DNA from: Candidatus Dojkabacteria bacterium
GTDB taxonomy: Bacteria; Patescibacteriota; Dojkabacteria; B142; OLB20
Length of the DNA stretch: 64,000 nt
Direction: 5' to 3'
NCBI GenBank assembly: GCA_030583785.1
Contig: CP129475.1
Coordinates: 287,559-351,558 of the forward strand
Each line of letters opens with the position of its first letter. Within the stretch, counting starts at the first letter, position 1. This document shows, in pieces, positions 9,325-20,141 of the stretch. Made by a program: the position numbers and the translations under genes. The notes under the pieces were generated by a model. It did not search any database, had not been told where the DNA came from, and saw nothing but the letters and a program-made list of their open reading frames with translations.

Positions 9325-10665
9325 ATGTCGCCTGAGAATATTAAAGAACTAAATAAGAAACCTTTGCTCGTAGGTGGCCCTGTTATTTATTTAATGTCCA
9401 AAGATATAAGGGTAAAGAACAATCCATCTTTAATGTATGCTCAAAGATTAGCGCTAGAAAACAAACTAGAATTAAAGGTGTATTTCAATTTATATGCAGA
9501 TTTATCAGTTCGTTCTTACCAGCATTTCGCTTTTATGATTAAGGGAATTGAAGAGGTAAGTGTAAAGTTAGCGAAACTTAACATCCCATTGGTCGTATCA
9601 ACTAGTAGCGAGAAGGATTTCTTAACAGAACTTAGGAAAAATAAACCATGTATCCTAATTCTAGATCACTCTTCTTTAAAACACGCCAGAAAAAAGCAAC
9701 AAAGAGTTGCCGAAAGACTTGATTGCAAGGTTGTTACATGTGATGGGCGAAATATTATACCCGTCTGGTATTTGTCCGACAAAGAGGAACATTCTGCACG
9801 GACTATAAGACCCAAAATCAACAAACTTCTACCATTATTCATATACAAGAACAAAATTCCAGCTTTTCATTCCTATAATAAGCAAGGCGATAAAAATTTA
9901 ATAAATTGCAACAAATTATTAGCAAAGGTAAAAGCCAAACATCTTTCTGACTATAAACCGCAGATAATTCCGGGTGAAGATGCTGCTTTAGATGTCCTTG
10001 GTCGCTTTGTCAATCTAAAGTTAGATAATTACCAAGAAACAAGGAGCGATCCAACCAAGGAGTCCACTTCGTTGTTAAGCGCCTATTTACATTTCGGAAT
10101 GATTTCTCCACTTACTATTTACAGCGCAGTTAAAGATATGGACAACAACGCTGCGTTTATCGAAGAACTTGTTGTTAGAAGGGAACTTGCTGATAATTAT
10201 TGTTACAATAATCATAATTACGATAATCTTAAGGGTGCAAAAGATTGGGCACAAAAAACTTTAATAAAACATCTAAGTGACAGGCGCGAATTTGTTTATG
10301 AGCTTCAAGAATTTGAATCTGCATCTACTCATGACAAGGCATGGAATGCAGCTCAAACACAAATGCTGCGAACCGGCTTTATGCATGGCTATATGAGAAT
10401 GTATTGGTGTAAAAAAATACTAGAGTGGAGTAGTAGCGCAGAAACTGCAATCCAAACTGCGATCTATTTAAATGATAAGTATCAACTTGATGGACTTGAT
10501 AGTAACGGATATACCGGAATAATGTGGAGCATAGCAGGCATACATGATAGGCCCTGGTTTGAAAGAGAAGTATACGGCAGCATTCGCTACATGAACTTTA
10601 ACGGACTAAAGCGCAAATTTAATATTGATTCTTATATTTCCAAATGGCTTCCAAAACAATCTTAA
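9325..10665 (+). CDS. phr: Deoxyribodipyrimidine photolyase, class II (CPD photolyase)
   Basis: Strong match to class II photolyases: NDPTKESTSLLSAYLHFGMIS, HDKAWNAAQTQMLRTGFMHGYMRMYWCKKILEWS, LDGLDSNGYTGIMWSIAGIHDRPWFEREVYGSIRYMNFNGLKRKF. Confidence 0.85.
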   Translation: MSPENIKELNKKPLLVGGPVIYLMSKDIRVKNNPSLMYAQRLALENKLELKVYFNLYADLSVRSYQHFAFMIKGIEEVSVKLAKLNIPLVVSTSSEKDFLTELRKNKPCILILDHSSLKHARKKQQRVAERLDCKVVTCDGRNIIPVWYLSDKEEHSARTIRPKINKLLPLFIYKNKIPAFHSYNKQGDKNLINCNKLLAKVKAKHLSDYKPQIIPGEDAALDVLGRFVNLKLDNYQETRSDPTKESTSLLSAYLHFGMISPLTIYSAVKDMDNNAAFIEELVVRRELADNYCYNNHNYDNLKGAKDWAQKTLIKHLSDRREFVYELQEFESASTHDKAWNAAQTQMLRTGFMHGYMRMYWCKKILEWSSSAETAIQTAIYLNDKYQLDGLDSNGYTGIMWSIAGIHDRPWFEREVYGSIRYMNFNGLKRKFNIDSYISKWLPKQS

Positions 10666-11510
10666 TTCTAGGGGGATCGGGCTTTGTAGGCAGTGCTATG
10701 GTTCAAGAACTGGCTTCTGCTAAAAAACGCATCTACGCGTTAATAAATAAAACGCCGATTAGTAATAAACTCGTTCATTCAATAAGTGCAAATATTAATG
10801 ATCCTGCAGATCTTCTTAGCAAGTTTTCTGATAAAAATATTGACACTGTTATCTATTCAATTGGTCTACTAAAAGAATCTAAACAAAACAAATTTTCTGA
10901 CTTTCACTTTAAATGGCTTAGAAATGCAGTTTTTCTTGCTGAGCAGATTAATGCAAAAAGATTCATACTAATTAGTGCAAACGGTATCGATGCTTCCCCA
11001 GCTAGCTACAGCCTGACAAAACTTCAAGGAGAGCAGGAGCTGAAAAAGTCTACACTAAATTGGACGATTTTGAGACCATCATTAATTATCGGCGAATCAA
11101 CAAAATTCAGCTTTCTATCGCTACTTAAGCAATTGACTTGTTTTCCAATTGTTCCGGTAATTGCAAATACTAAACCTATACAACCTGTTCTGCTTTCAGA
11201 CTTAACCCGTGCTTTAGTATCGATTCTCGAAAATCAAGCATCGACAAGGAGAACATATTGCATCTGTGGCCCTCAAAAATATTCTTTCTCGGGCCTAATG
11301 TTTGCTTACCTGCAAGCAAAGAACATCAACCGATTAATAGTCCCAATTCCCAACCCATTCTTTTTGGCATTGAGTAGTATCCTGCAAAATCTTCCTTTAT
11401 TTCCAGCATCAAGAGAGCAGATACAAATGCTAATTGACGGTAACTCTTGCGACGACAATACAATTTGGGAAGCGACTGGTATTAAGCCTAAAGATGTATT
11501 CACAAATTAA
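10644..11510 (+). CDS. NAD(P)-binding Rossmann protein, atypical SDR / NmrA / complex-I NDUFA9-like epimerase family
   Basis: N-terminal ILILGGSGFVGSAMV dinucleotide-binding motif. 22-nt overlap with the photolyase gene end. Confidence 0.65.
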   Translation: MASKTILILGGSGFVGSAMVQELASAKKRIYALINKTPISNKLVHSISANINDPADLLSKFSDKNIDTVIYSIGLLKESKQNKFSDFHFKWLRNAVFLAEQINAKRFILISANGIDASPASYSLTKLQGEQELKKSTLNWTILRPSLIIGESTKFSFLSLLKQLTCFPIVPVIANTKPIQPVLLSDLTRALVSILENQASTRRTYCICGPQKYSFSGLMFAYLQAKNINRLIVPIPNPFFLALSSILQNLPLFPASREQIQMLIDGNSCDDNTIWEATGIKPKDVFTN

Positions 11511-11553
11511 TGTGACCTTCTAAAAACAGAGTCGTTTTATTTTCTATTTTAGT

Positions 11554-12354
11554 ATGCAAAGTAAAAAGCTGCTTATGTGTCCTCCCAATTATTTTCGGAT
11601 CGATTACGAAATTAACCCTTGGATGCACAAAGAAAATAATGTTGTGAGTCAATCTGCTTTTAGTCAGTTTAATAGTTTAGTCGAGGCATATAAAAAGATA
11701 AATATCCCAATCAGCATGATCGATGCAGACCCGGAACTCCCCGATATGGTCTACTCTGCAAACTATGGATTTGTTCAAGACAACATTTTTATTGCCTCTA
11801 ACTTTCGCTATGAACAACGAAGGGCCGAATCCACACTCGCTTCAAAATATTTTGCAAAAAGAAACTTTGAGATTGCCCGAATTAATCCATCGATTTACTA
11901 TGAAGGAGAGGGAGATCATCTAAAAATTGGTGGAGTTCATTACATGGGTTACGGTAAGCGCACATCAATTAAGGCAGCTAAGGAGTTAAGTTCTATTCTT
12001 AACGAAGAAATTATTCCTCTCGAACTAGTTAATCCATATTTCTACCACCTAGATACAGCGCTTGGGCCGTTGAATGAAAATACAATAATCGTAAACAAGA
12101 ACTCATTTTCTCCAGAAGGTTTATCTATTCTTAATGAACGATTTACAGATATAATCTATACAAATGAAGAAGACAACAGAGTAATGGCTCCCAATCTGCT
12201 TGCTTGGGGAAAAGATGTTGTCATGGCAGAGGGGATCTCGAGTGATCTCGAAGAAGCAGTTACAGAAAGAGGATTCACAGTGCATAAAGTTCTCATGACA
12301 GAATTCTTGAAAGGTGGGGGTAGTATTAAGTGCTTAAGTTTAAGAATAAACTAA
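11554..12354 (+). CDS. Amidinotransferase-superfamily protein (DDAH/arginine-deiminase-like)
   Basis: About 266 aa; C-terminal GGGSIKCLSL with the conserved catalytic-Cys position typical of the DDAH/ADI pentein fold. Family-level call only. Confidence 0.45.
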   Translation: MQSKKLLMCPPNYFRIDYEINPWMHKENNVVSQSAFSQFNSLVEAYKKINIPISMIDADPELPDMVYSANYGFVQDNIFIASNFRYEQRRAESTLASKYFAKRNFEIARINPSIYYEGEGDHLKIGGVHYMGYGKRTSIKAAKELSSILNEEIIPLELVNPYFYHLDTALGPLNENTIIVNKNSFSPEGLSILNERFTDIIYTNEEDNRVMAPNLLAWGKDVVMAEGISSDLEEAVTERGFTVHKVLMTEFLKGGGSIKCLSLRIN

Positions 12355-13530
12355 ATGAAATACAGATTCTCAAAGAACACTGATATCAAACCGTCTGCAA
12401 CGGTGGCACTTAACTCAATGGTTGCCGATCTTAAGCGATCCGGAAAACAAATATACAATCTAGGAATCGGAGAGGCACAAGTTGCACCACATTCGCAAAT
12501 TGTAACTGCAGTTGAAAATGCCATTGAAACCGGAAAGACTCTATACCCACCCGTAAAAGGTTATCCAGAACTGCTTGATCTCGCCTGTGTTTGGCATCAA
12601 GAAAACTATGAATCGAATTATACACGCGAGAATACAATAATTACCCCCGGTGGTAAGGCAGCTATCTCAATGGCACTGCAATCTTTTCTAGATCCTGGTG
12701 ATGAAGTCATTATCTTTTCGCCACACTGGGTGTCGTATCCAGAAATGGTAAAACTTTGCGGTGCTAAACCAGTTATTATTAAGACTGACCCAAAAAGTAA
12801 CTGGAGCATAGATTTTGATTCCTTAGAAGCAAAAACAACCAACAAGGCAAAGATGTTAATCATCAACAACTGTGCCAACCCTACAGGAAAAATCTATTCA
12901 CCCGCAGAACTACTCAAAATAGCAGAGCATGCAAAGAAACATGATCTAATAGTTATCTCTGATGAGGTCTACAGTAGTCTTACCTATAGCGATTCGGAAT
13001 ACTTATCTCTATCTTCCTTTGATGATATTCGTGAGAGATTAATTATTATTCAAAGTTTTTCAAAGCATTTTGCTTTGACAGGTTTAAGAGTTGGAATCGC
13101 GTTTGCAGATCCATTAGTCATTAAAAGAATGGAGTTAATTCAAAATCAATCCACAAGTGGAACAGCTTCATTAAGCCAATTTGCTGCAATAGCAGCGTTG
13201 AAGAACGCCAAAACAATTCAAGATACGATTAGGCAAACACTTTTAGATCGCATGAATCTTCTTGTAAGTCTGTTAAATAAAGCTTTCGATGCAAATATTT
13301 CAAAAGCCGAAGGTGGACTTTATTTATTTGTTCCTGTAAAAACTTTTACGAATAAAGAACTTTCTGATTTACAATTTTGCGAATTTGCTCTTAATGCAGC
13401 CAATGTTGCTTTAGTTGCCGGAAGCGCTTTTGGACAAGAAAATTATGTTCGATTATCTTTTGGAGTATCGGAATTTGAAATCGAGAGCGCAGTAAACAGT
13501 TTAGCAACGGCAATTAAAAAGCATGAATAA
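12355..13530 (+). CDS. Class I/II PLP-dependent aminotransferase (aspartate aminotransferase family)
   Basis: SFSKHFALTGLRVG PLP-lysine motif. Length 391 aa. Starts 1 nt after the upstream stop. Confidence 0.8.
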   Translation: MKYRFSKNTDIKPSATVALNSMVADLKRSGKQIYNLGIGEAQVAPHSQIVTAVENAIETGKTLYPPVKGYPELLDLACVWHQENYESNYTRENTIITPGGKAAISMALQSFLDPGDEVIIFSPHWVSYPEMVKLCGAKPVIIKTDPKSNWSIDFDSLEAKTTNKAKMLIINNCANPTGKIYSPAELLKIAEHAKKHDLIVISDEVYSSLTYSDSEYLSLSSFDDIRERLIIIQSFSKHFALTGLRVGIAFADPLVIKRMELIQNQSTSGTASLSQFAAIAALKNAKTIQDTIRQTLLDRMNLLVSLLNKAFDANISKAEGGLYLFVPVKTFTNKELSDLQFCEFALNAANVALVAGSAFGQENYVRLSFGVSEFEIESAVNSLATAIKKHE

Positions 13531-13807
13531 CGATCATATTTTCCCAGAAGATAGTTTAGACTTTCATGACCAGGGGAAATTGTCTCCATATGACATAGAA
13601 GTTATGACAAATAGGTTTATCGAGGATTGTTATATTAAGGGATTCTCTACAATTGAGATTATTACGGGAGTAGGGTATCGTTCAGAAAAAGGTCCGGTAG
13701 TTAAACCATTAGTGCTCAAACTAATCAAAAACAATCAACATGTAAAATCATTTAAAACTCATCCTTTTAAGGGCGAAGGATCCCTGTTAATCTATCTGAA
13801 AGAATAG
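13523..13807 (+). CDS. Smr-domain protein
   Basis: LDFHD...IEIITGVGYRSEKGPVVKPLVLKLI resembles Smr (LDLHG...IIHGKG...L). 8-nt overlap with the aminotransferase. Confidence 0.5.
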   Translation: MNNDHIFPEDSLDFHDQGKLSPYDIEVMTNRFIEDCYIKGFSTIEIITGVGYRSEKGPVVKPLVLKLIKNNQHVKSFKTHPFKGEGSLLIYLKE

Positions 13808-13842
13808 AATCTGTGCTATATTAAGCAAAATGTATAATCAAC

Positions 13843-14010
13843 ATGAATAAATCCAGCATTGATGAAAAGAAGCAAATGTATATTGTTGTAGCAATTCTTT
13901 TGTCGTTGCTAATTACTTGTTGTTTATGCTGCATCGTCTGCACTCTACCTAGCATTTGGTTAAACCAAGAAATTGGCGGTCTTGGTAACCCTTATCTATT
14001 TTGGCCATAA
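13843..14010 (+). CDS. Small (55 aa) Cys-rich membrane peptide, hypothetical
   Basis: ORF MNKSSIDEKKQMYIVVAILLSLLITCCLCCIVCTLPSIWLNQEIGGLGNPYLFWP in an otherwise unexplained 228-nt gap. One TM helix. Not in the supplied track because it is under 60 aa. Confidence 0.25.
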   Translation: MNKSSIDEKKQMYIVVAILLSLLITCCLCCIVCTLPSIWLNQEIGGLGNPYLFWP

Positions 14011-14035
14011 AAATCATTAGTTATTTATAAAAGTT

Positions 14036-14479
14036 ATGTATAAAAAAATTCTTTTAGTAATTCTGCCCTTAATTGTTTTAACAGGTTGTATCGAAAAGGT
14101 TGATAATCAGGGAAATGTGATTACTCCCGTTCCGACGCTGGTTGCAGTAAGCGAAAACTTAATTATTGAAGATGTTGTTGTTGGAGAAGGACCGATTGCA
14201 CTCCCAGGAAACACGGTAACTGTTCATTATGTAGGTACGCTTACAGACGGAACACAATTCGATAGCTCCATAGATAGAGAGCAACCGTTTTCGTTTGTCC
14301 TTGGCAAAGGAAATGTCATTCCAGGATGGGACCAAGGTGTCCAAGGAATGCAGGTCGGAGGAAAACGCAAACTCACCATACCGGCAGAACTTGCCTACGG
14401 CGAATCTGGCCAAGGAACTATCATCCCACCAAACGCCACATTAGAATTTGAAGTCGAAATGCTTGGAATAGCTAATTAA
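14036..14479 (+). CDS. FKBP-type peptidyl-prolyl cis-trans isomerase, lipoprotein
   Basis: Lipobox LTGC. FKBP domain motifs [61 protein letters not shown]. Confidence 0.85.
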   Translation: MYKKILLVILPLIVLTGCIEKVDNQGNVITPVPTLVAVSENLIIEDVVVGEGPIALPGNTVTVHYVGTLTDGTQFDSSIDREQPFSFVLGKGNVIPGWDQGVQGMQVGGKRKLTIPAELAYGESGQGTIIPPNATLEFEVEMLGIAN

Positions 14480-14909
14480 CTTTTGATACAGGCTCTCCTT
14501 CAAGCAGAACATTGATTACAGCCTGACTTGATACTTGTATGCTTCCAGAAAACTTTTTCTGGGCAAGAACTTGTGTACAAATTTCGCCACTATCCTTAGT
14601 GCTAATATTCATTGTCACGACTTCGGGCATGCTTTCTTGTACCGTAGTATCAACCACAACATCATGACAAGGTGTTGGCGTTGTAACTGTTCCATAGTAA
14701 TAGAAGAGGCCATCTGCATAAGAAAATTCAACTTCAAATGGCATATCCTCAGATTCAGCAACATATTTTGCTACAACTTCAAAAGGAGGTTTTGTAGGTT
14801 CAACAAAGTTACCATTGTCTGGGGATGGACCAGATGATTTATCATCAGCAGGCATACAAGCCGTTACGGTAAACAACATTACTAAAGTCAAAAGAAGGAT
14901 TCTCTTCAT
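14472..14909 (-). CDS. Predicted lipoprotein, unknown function
   Basis: Signal peptide with TVTAC lipobox. Converges on and overlaps the FKBP gene by 8 nt. Confidence 0.45.
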   Translation of the reverse strand: MKRILLLTLVMLFTVTACMPADDKSSGPSPDNGNFVEPTKPPFEVVAKYVAESEDMPFEVEFSYADGLFYYYGTVTTPTPCHDVVVDTTVQESMPEVVTMNISTKDSGEICTQVLAQKKFSGSIQVSSQAVINVLLEGEPVSKVN

Positions 14910-15012
14910 AATTATTCAAAATAAAGTTAACTATTTCTATGATAAGCACTTGCCGAGATTACTGCAACAAGTTTCAAGTTTTGTTAAGATGAACATGTAT
15001 TAATAATGATGT

Positions 15013-17470
15013 ATGAAGATTGAAGGTTTAACACAAAGGCAGGCCGATGAATTACTAGTCAAGCACGGGGCAAATATCTTAAAAGAACCAGAAACATATG
15101 GTCCAATAAAAATCCTGCTTGATCAATTAAAAAGTCCGTTGATATTTGTCCTTTTTATTGCTGTAGCACTATCTTTCTCTCTCGGTGAATATATCGACAC
15201 AGTATTCATTATGATTGTTATCCTAATAAATACATCACTTGGCTTCTTTCAGGAATACAAAGCACAAAATATCCTTAAAACACTTAAAAAGAAAGTATCA
15301 AAAAAAATTAAAGTCATCAGAGACGGACAAACACAAATTATTGACTATACGTTACTTGTTCCAGGCGACACAATTCTTTTGCATGCAGGGCTCAAAGTTC
15401 CAGGAGATGCGATCATAATTGAAGAAAGCGAACTATTGGTTGATGAATCTATTCTTACAGGCGAATCTCATCCAGTCGAAAAATCAGTCGGCGATACTCA
15501 GCTTCGACAAGAAGAGATTAAAGGTATTCATAAAGTGTTTATGGGTTCTACTGTTGTAGAAGGTTATGGCTATGCTAAAGTTTATGCCACATCTGATAAA
15601 ACGCAATTCGGTAAAATCGCAGAATCACTTGAAGATAAGTTCGACCCTCCAACACCAATTAGGCTAGAACTGCAAAGACTAAGTAAGCTAGTCATTCTAA
15701 TTGTGATATTTATTACTGGTTTTGTAGGTATACTAGGCATCTTAAGAAACATGCCTCTAGACGATGTTATCTTGACATCAGTTTCTCTTGCCGGTGGGGA
15801 TTATTCCAGAATCTCTCCATATAGCCCTTACAGTTACTCTTGCCCTAGGCATGAATAGGATTATGAAGAAAAAAGCCATAGTTAAAAACCTTCCTGCTGC
15901 AGAAACGCTTGGTTCAGTAGATGTTCTGGGTATAGATAAAACAGGAACCCTCACAGAGGGAAAAATGAGCGTGGTTGGCAGCGAATACACAGATCGAGAA
16001 AGAGGGCTATATGCACTTGCAATCTGTAATAACGAATCAAATTTTATTGACCATGCTCTTGGTAGTTATTTAAACAATGAAAAAGGAAAAGGATTTATAC
16101 CAGATGCCAGATCAGATAGGGTTCGTTTTTACCCCTTTTCTTCACAAACAAAATATACAGGAGCATTTAATGGTCACGAATTATTCGCAGTAGGTGCTCC
16201 GGAAATCATCTTATCGTTCTGTACAAATACAGATCGTGACTGGCAGGCAATTTTTTCTGAGCAAGCCAAAGCCGGTAACCGCATGATAGCCATTGCTGCC
16301 AGAAACACATCAGAAAATGAGAACATCGATAGAAACAGCCTAAAGAACATGGACTTTGTCGGTTTAGTAATTCTTCAAGACCCGGTTCGAAAATCAGTAG
16401 TTGAATCTTTAGCAAAGATCATTTCATCAGGAGTAGAAATCAAAGTAATCACCGGAGACCTTAAAGAGACAAGCCTAAAGGTATTACAGACAATAAATTT
16501 TGATTTAGACGAAAACGAAATTATTTCTGGTTCTCAGCTTAGAGAACTAACAAACTCAAATATGTTAGACGAGGCGATTCGTAGATGTAAATTGTTTTAT
16601 AGAACAACCCCAGACCAGAAACTCGACATTGTCAAAAGTCTTCAAAAACAAGGCTTGAGTGTTGGCATGATGGGCGATGGAGTTAATGATTCACCGGCTA
16701 TTAAACATGCCGAAATTGGCATTTCGGTTGATAATGGGACAGACCTCACAAAAGAAATTGCAGATGTAGTCCTACTAGATTCCAACTTTTCTACAATAGT
16801 GGCTTCAATCGAAGAGGGTAGAAATATCACCAAGAATCTGCGTAAGATATTCGTCAAACTTTTAGCAGACTCTTTCACAGAAGCTGTCCTTATAGTCATG
16901 AGCTTACTTGCAGGCTTTCCACTGCCACTTCTCCCACTACAGATACTTTGGATCAATATGATCGTAAACGGCATTAGTGGACTTGCTCTCAGTTTTGAAC
17001 CTTCGAATCCAAACTTGCTAAGCCAAAAACCAAAAGGTAAAAAATCTTCGGCGTTTGATCCATTTTTGATCTCTGCAATTATTGCCATCAGCTTAGTAAC
17101 AGATGTAGTATTCTTCTTACTCTATGCGTTCATGATTGGTAGCAATTACGATTATGAAGCCGCCAGAACAGTCATCTTTATTGGTGTTGCCTTAACATCG
17201 CTTCTGTTTATATTCCCTGCAAAAACTATTGATACAGGTATCTTCAAAGAACCTTTGTTTAACAACAAGGTATTAAATTTTACATTCCTTATAAGCCTTC
17301 TCTTGGTGATTGCTCCTGTTTATAATCCGTTTCTGCAAAATCTACTTGGAACGGTTGAACTCAATGTAGCTGAATGGTTTGTAATTATTGTGCTATGTAT
17401 ATTTAATCTTGCAGCAGTTGAAATCTTTAAACCATTCCTGCACAAGATACGAGACAGATCTAACTCGTAA
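15013..17470 (+). pseudogene. P-type cation-transporting ATPase (Ca2+/Mg2+ type), interrupted by a +1 frameshift near 15790-15793
   Basis: ORF 15013..15858 (frame 1) and ORF 15788..17470 (frame 2) together make one P-type ATPase (DKTGTLT, KVITGD, MGDGVNDSPAIK). The frames switch at tctcttgccGgtggggattatt. Deleting one nt restores the conserved ...SLAVGIIPESL... motif. Confidence 0.75.
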
Positions 17471-17521
17471 TCTTTATTTTCTGCATCCAATCGGTTAAAC
17501 TCATACACATAGGAAATAGAA

Positions 17522-19279
17522 ATGGAAAACAGATATGTATTTAAAGTTGCTGGAGCTGCAGGTCAAGGTATAAAAACCGCAGGGCTAGTGATCGCAAAAT
17601 CTCTAAAACGAGCCGGATACTATACTTTCGGATATACTGAATACCCATCACTTATCCGTGGCGGTCATAATGTTTTCCAAATAGATGTCTCGACAGATCC
17701 GATCTATTCCCCTTCACAAAAGCTCAACTTATTGTTAGCACTTAACGAAGAATCAATTGCCCTTCATGTCGACGAACTAGACGAGAAATCCGTAGTGATA
17801 TACGATTCAGGAGCATTCACGATAAAAGAAGCTGTTAAATCGGCATTGGATGCAAAGTCTGCACAAAGTTATGGAATTCCTCTGCTTACGCTCGCCAAAG
17901 GAACTGGTGGGACAGCAATTATGAAGAACACCGTCAGCTTAGGATCAGTTTGGAAAATCCTAGGACTAGATTTATCGATATTACAAACCGTAATTGCCGA
18001 ACTATTCAACAAGTCCGAAGAGATAATAGAACTCAATAAAAAATGCGCACAAATCGGTTATGACAACACAAAACCAGAAGATGATCACAAACTGTTCAAG
18101 GACTGTATTGGATGTAATACAAACGATCTTGATAACGATCTTATTATTGCAGGAAACGAAGCCCTCGCCTTAGGAGCAATTGCCGGAGGTGTCAGGCTAT
18201 ATTCTAGCTATCCAATGACACCAGCCAGTTCAATTTTAACTTTTCTTGCAGAAGAGGGGACAAAATACGGAATGGTTGTGAAACAAGCAGAAGACGAAAT
18301 TACTGCCGTGAATATGGTTGTTGGAGCTAACCATGGGGGTACAAGAGCTCTTTGTGCTACTAGCGGAGGAGGCTTTGACCTTATGACAGAGGCTATATCT
18401 CTTGCTGGAATTACCGAAACTCCTTTACCAATTGTACTTGGACAAAGACCCGGACCAGCTACAGGAGTCCCTACCTGGACAGCACAAGGCGATCTTAACC
18501 TAGCACTATACGGAGGACATGGTGAATATCCCCGCTTTGTTGTTGCTCCGGGCGATACCACAGAGGCTTTTCAACTAATACAAGTATTACTAAACACTTC
18601 TGAACAGTTGCAAATCCCTGCCATTCTGCTTACAGATAAACTACTTGGTGAAAGCTTTTATACAACTCCAAGCTTCAGTGAATCCATACCTATAAACAGG
18701 GGAGAACTTATACCAGACGAAGATTGCGAGAAATATGCGGAAGAGCTTCGATACAAGTTCACCGAAACAGGAATATCTCCTAGATGGCTCCCCGGAAGCA
18801 AAGGTGCAACATACCTTACAAACAGTGACGAGCACACACCAAAGGGATACTCAACAGAAGATGCAAACGAAATAAAGGCCATGGTAGAAAAACGAGCAAA
18901 GAAATATGCCACACTAGCAGATATGATTCCTGAGGCAAATATTTTCGGAGCTAGCGAAGATATAGATATAGCTATACTTGCCTGGGGTAGTACTAAGGGA
19001 GTGCTTATGGATCTTCTTAGCCTTACAGATCAAAGAATATGCGTTATCCATTATAATTTCATCTGGCCACTAAAAACTCAGAGAGCATTAGATATGATTA
19101 ATAAAGCAAAATATGCTTTCAGTGTTGAAGGAAATCTTGATTCTCAATTCACAAAAATCTTCGAAGCAGAAAGTGGAATAAAAATCTTAGATAAGATGAC
19201 AAAATATGATGGTCGACCCATTTATATTGAAGAACTTCTAGAGAAAATATCTCAAATTTCAGATAACCAAAATGGCTGA
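17522..19279 (+). CDS. 2-oxoacid:ferredoxin oxidoreductase alpha subunit (fused gamma+alpha domains, KorA/OFOR-alpha)
   Basis: N-terminal gamma-like domain (GAAGQGIKTAG) followed by an alpha domain. Size of about 585 aa matches two-subunit OFORs of Sulfolobus type. Confidence 0.75.
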   Translation: MENRYVFKVAGAAGQGIKTAGLVIAKSLKRAGYYTFGYTEYPSLIRGGHNVFQIDVSTDPIYSPSQKLNLLLALNEESIALHVDELDEKSVVIYDSGAFTIKEAVKSALDAKSAQSYGIPLLTLAKGTGGTAIMKNTVSLGSVWKILGLDLSILQTVIAELFNKSEEIIELNKKCAQIGYDNTKPEDDHKLFKDCIGCNTNDLDNDLIIAGNEALALGAIAGGVRLYSSYPMTPASSILTFLAEEGTKYGMVVKQAEDEITAVNMVVGANHGGTRALCATSGGGFDLMTEAISLAGITETPLPIVLGQRPGPATGVPTWTAQGDLNLALYGGHGEYPRFVVAPGDTTEAFQLIQVLLNTSEQLQIPAILLTDKLLGESFYTTPSFSESIPINRGELIPDEDCEKYAEELRYKFTETGISPRWLPGSKGATYLTNSDEHTPKGYSTEDANEIKAMVEKRAKKYATLADMIPEANIFGASEDIDIAILAWGSTKGVLMDLLSLTDQRICVIHYNFIWPLKTQRALDMINKAKYAFSVEGNLDSQFTKIFEAESGIKILDKMTKYDGRPIYIEELLEKISQISDNQNG

Positions 19280-20135
19280 ATTAAAAGACTACAATAGTCC
19301 GATACTTCCTACCTGGTGTCCAGGTTGTGGAGACTTTGCTATCTGGAGCGCTCTAAAACAGGCTTTAGTTGCCGAGGGATTTGGACCAAAAGATATTTGC
19401 CTTTGTTTTGATATTGGATGTAATGGCAATATGGCAGATAAGATTAATGCCTATGCTTTTAAAGGTCTTCATGGCAGGGTGATTCCAACGGCAAGCGGTA
19501 TCCACTTGGCAAACAAAGGACTTCCAGTAATTGCAATAGCAGGTGATGGAGGCACTTTCGACGAAGGTATGCAACACTTTGTTCATGCTATCCGAAGTAA
19601 CTACAATGTTACATTTATTGTTCACAACAACTGCGATTTTGGATTAACCACAGGTCAAGCAACTCCAACAACTTGGGAAGGACAGAAAATGAATTCAGCT
19701 CCACATGGAGTTGTTGAAAAAAGACTTAATCCTATTAAACTGGCACTCAGTCTGGGTGCTGATTTTGTTGCCAGAGGATTCACCGGCAATCTGCAACAGC
19801 TTGTAAAACTACTGCAGGCAGGCATCCGCCATAATGGATTTTCTTATGTTGATATTCTGCAACATTGTCCAACCTACAATCATTTTCAAGACCATATTTG
19901 GCTTTCTGAAAGAGTCTATGATATTGAAACTAAACCAGATTACAAGAACGATCGGGATTATGCATATTCAATCTCTGAAATCAGTGAAGATGGTGTTGCT
20001 ACAGGTATTTTATTCCAAAACGAAGCATCAACCAGCTACCTAGACAAACTCAGTTATCGTTCTGCCTATCAGACTTCTCTAAAAGATGAAGTTAAAAACT
20101 ACGAAATCAATGAATCCTTAAAAATGTTTCGATAA
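19272..20135 (+). CDS. 2-oxoacid:ferredoxin oxidoreductase beta subunit (TPP-binding)
   Basis: CPGCGD N-terminal motif and GDGG...N TPP-binding fold. 8-nt overlap with the alpha subunit. Confidence 0.8.
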   Translation: MAELKDYNSPILPTWCPGCGDFAIWSALKQALVAEGFGPKDICLCFDIGCNGNMADKINAYAFKGLHGRVIPTASGIHLANKGLPVIAIAGDGGTFDEGMQHFVHAIRSNYNVTFIVHNNCDFGLTTGQATPTTWEGQKMNSAPHGVVEKRLNPIKLALSLGADFVARGFTGNLQQLVKLLQAGIRHNGFSYVDILQHCPTYNHFQDHIWLSERVYDIETKPDYKNDRDYAYSISEISEDGVATGILFQNEASTSYLDKLSYRSAYQTSLKDEVKNYEINESLKMFR

Positions 20136-20141
20136 ACTAAG

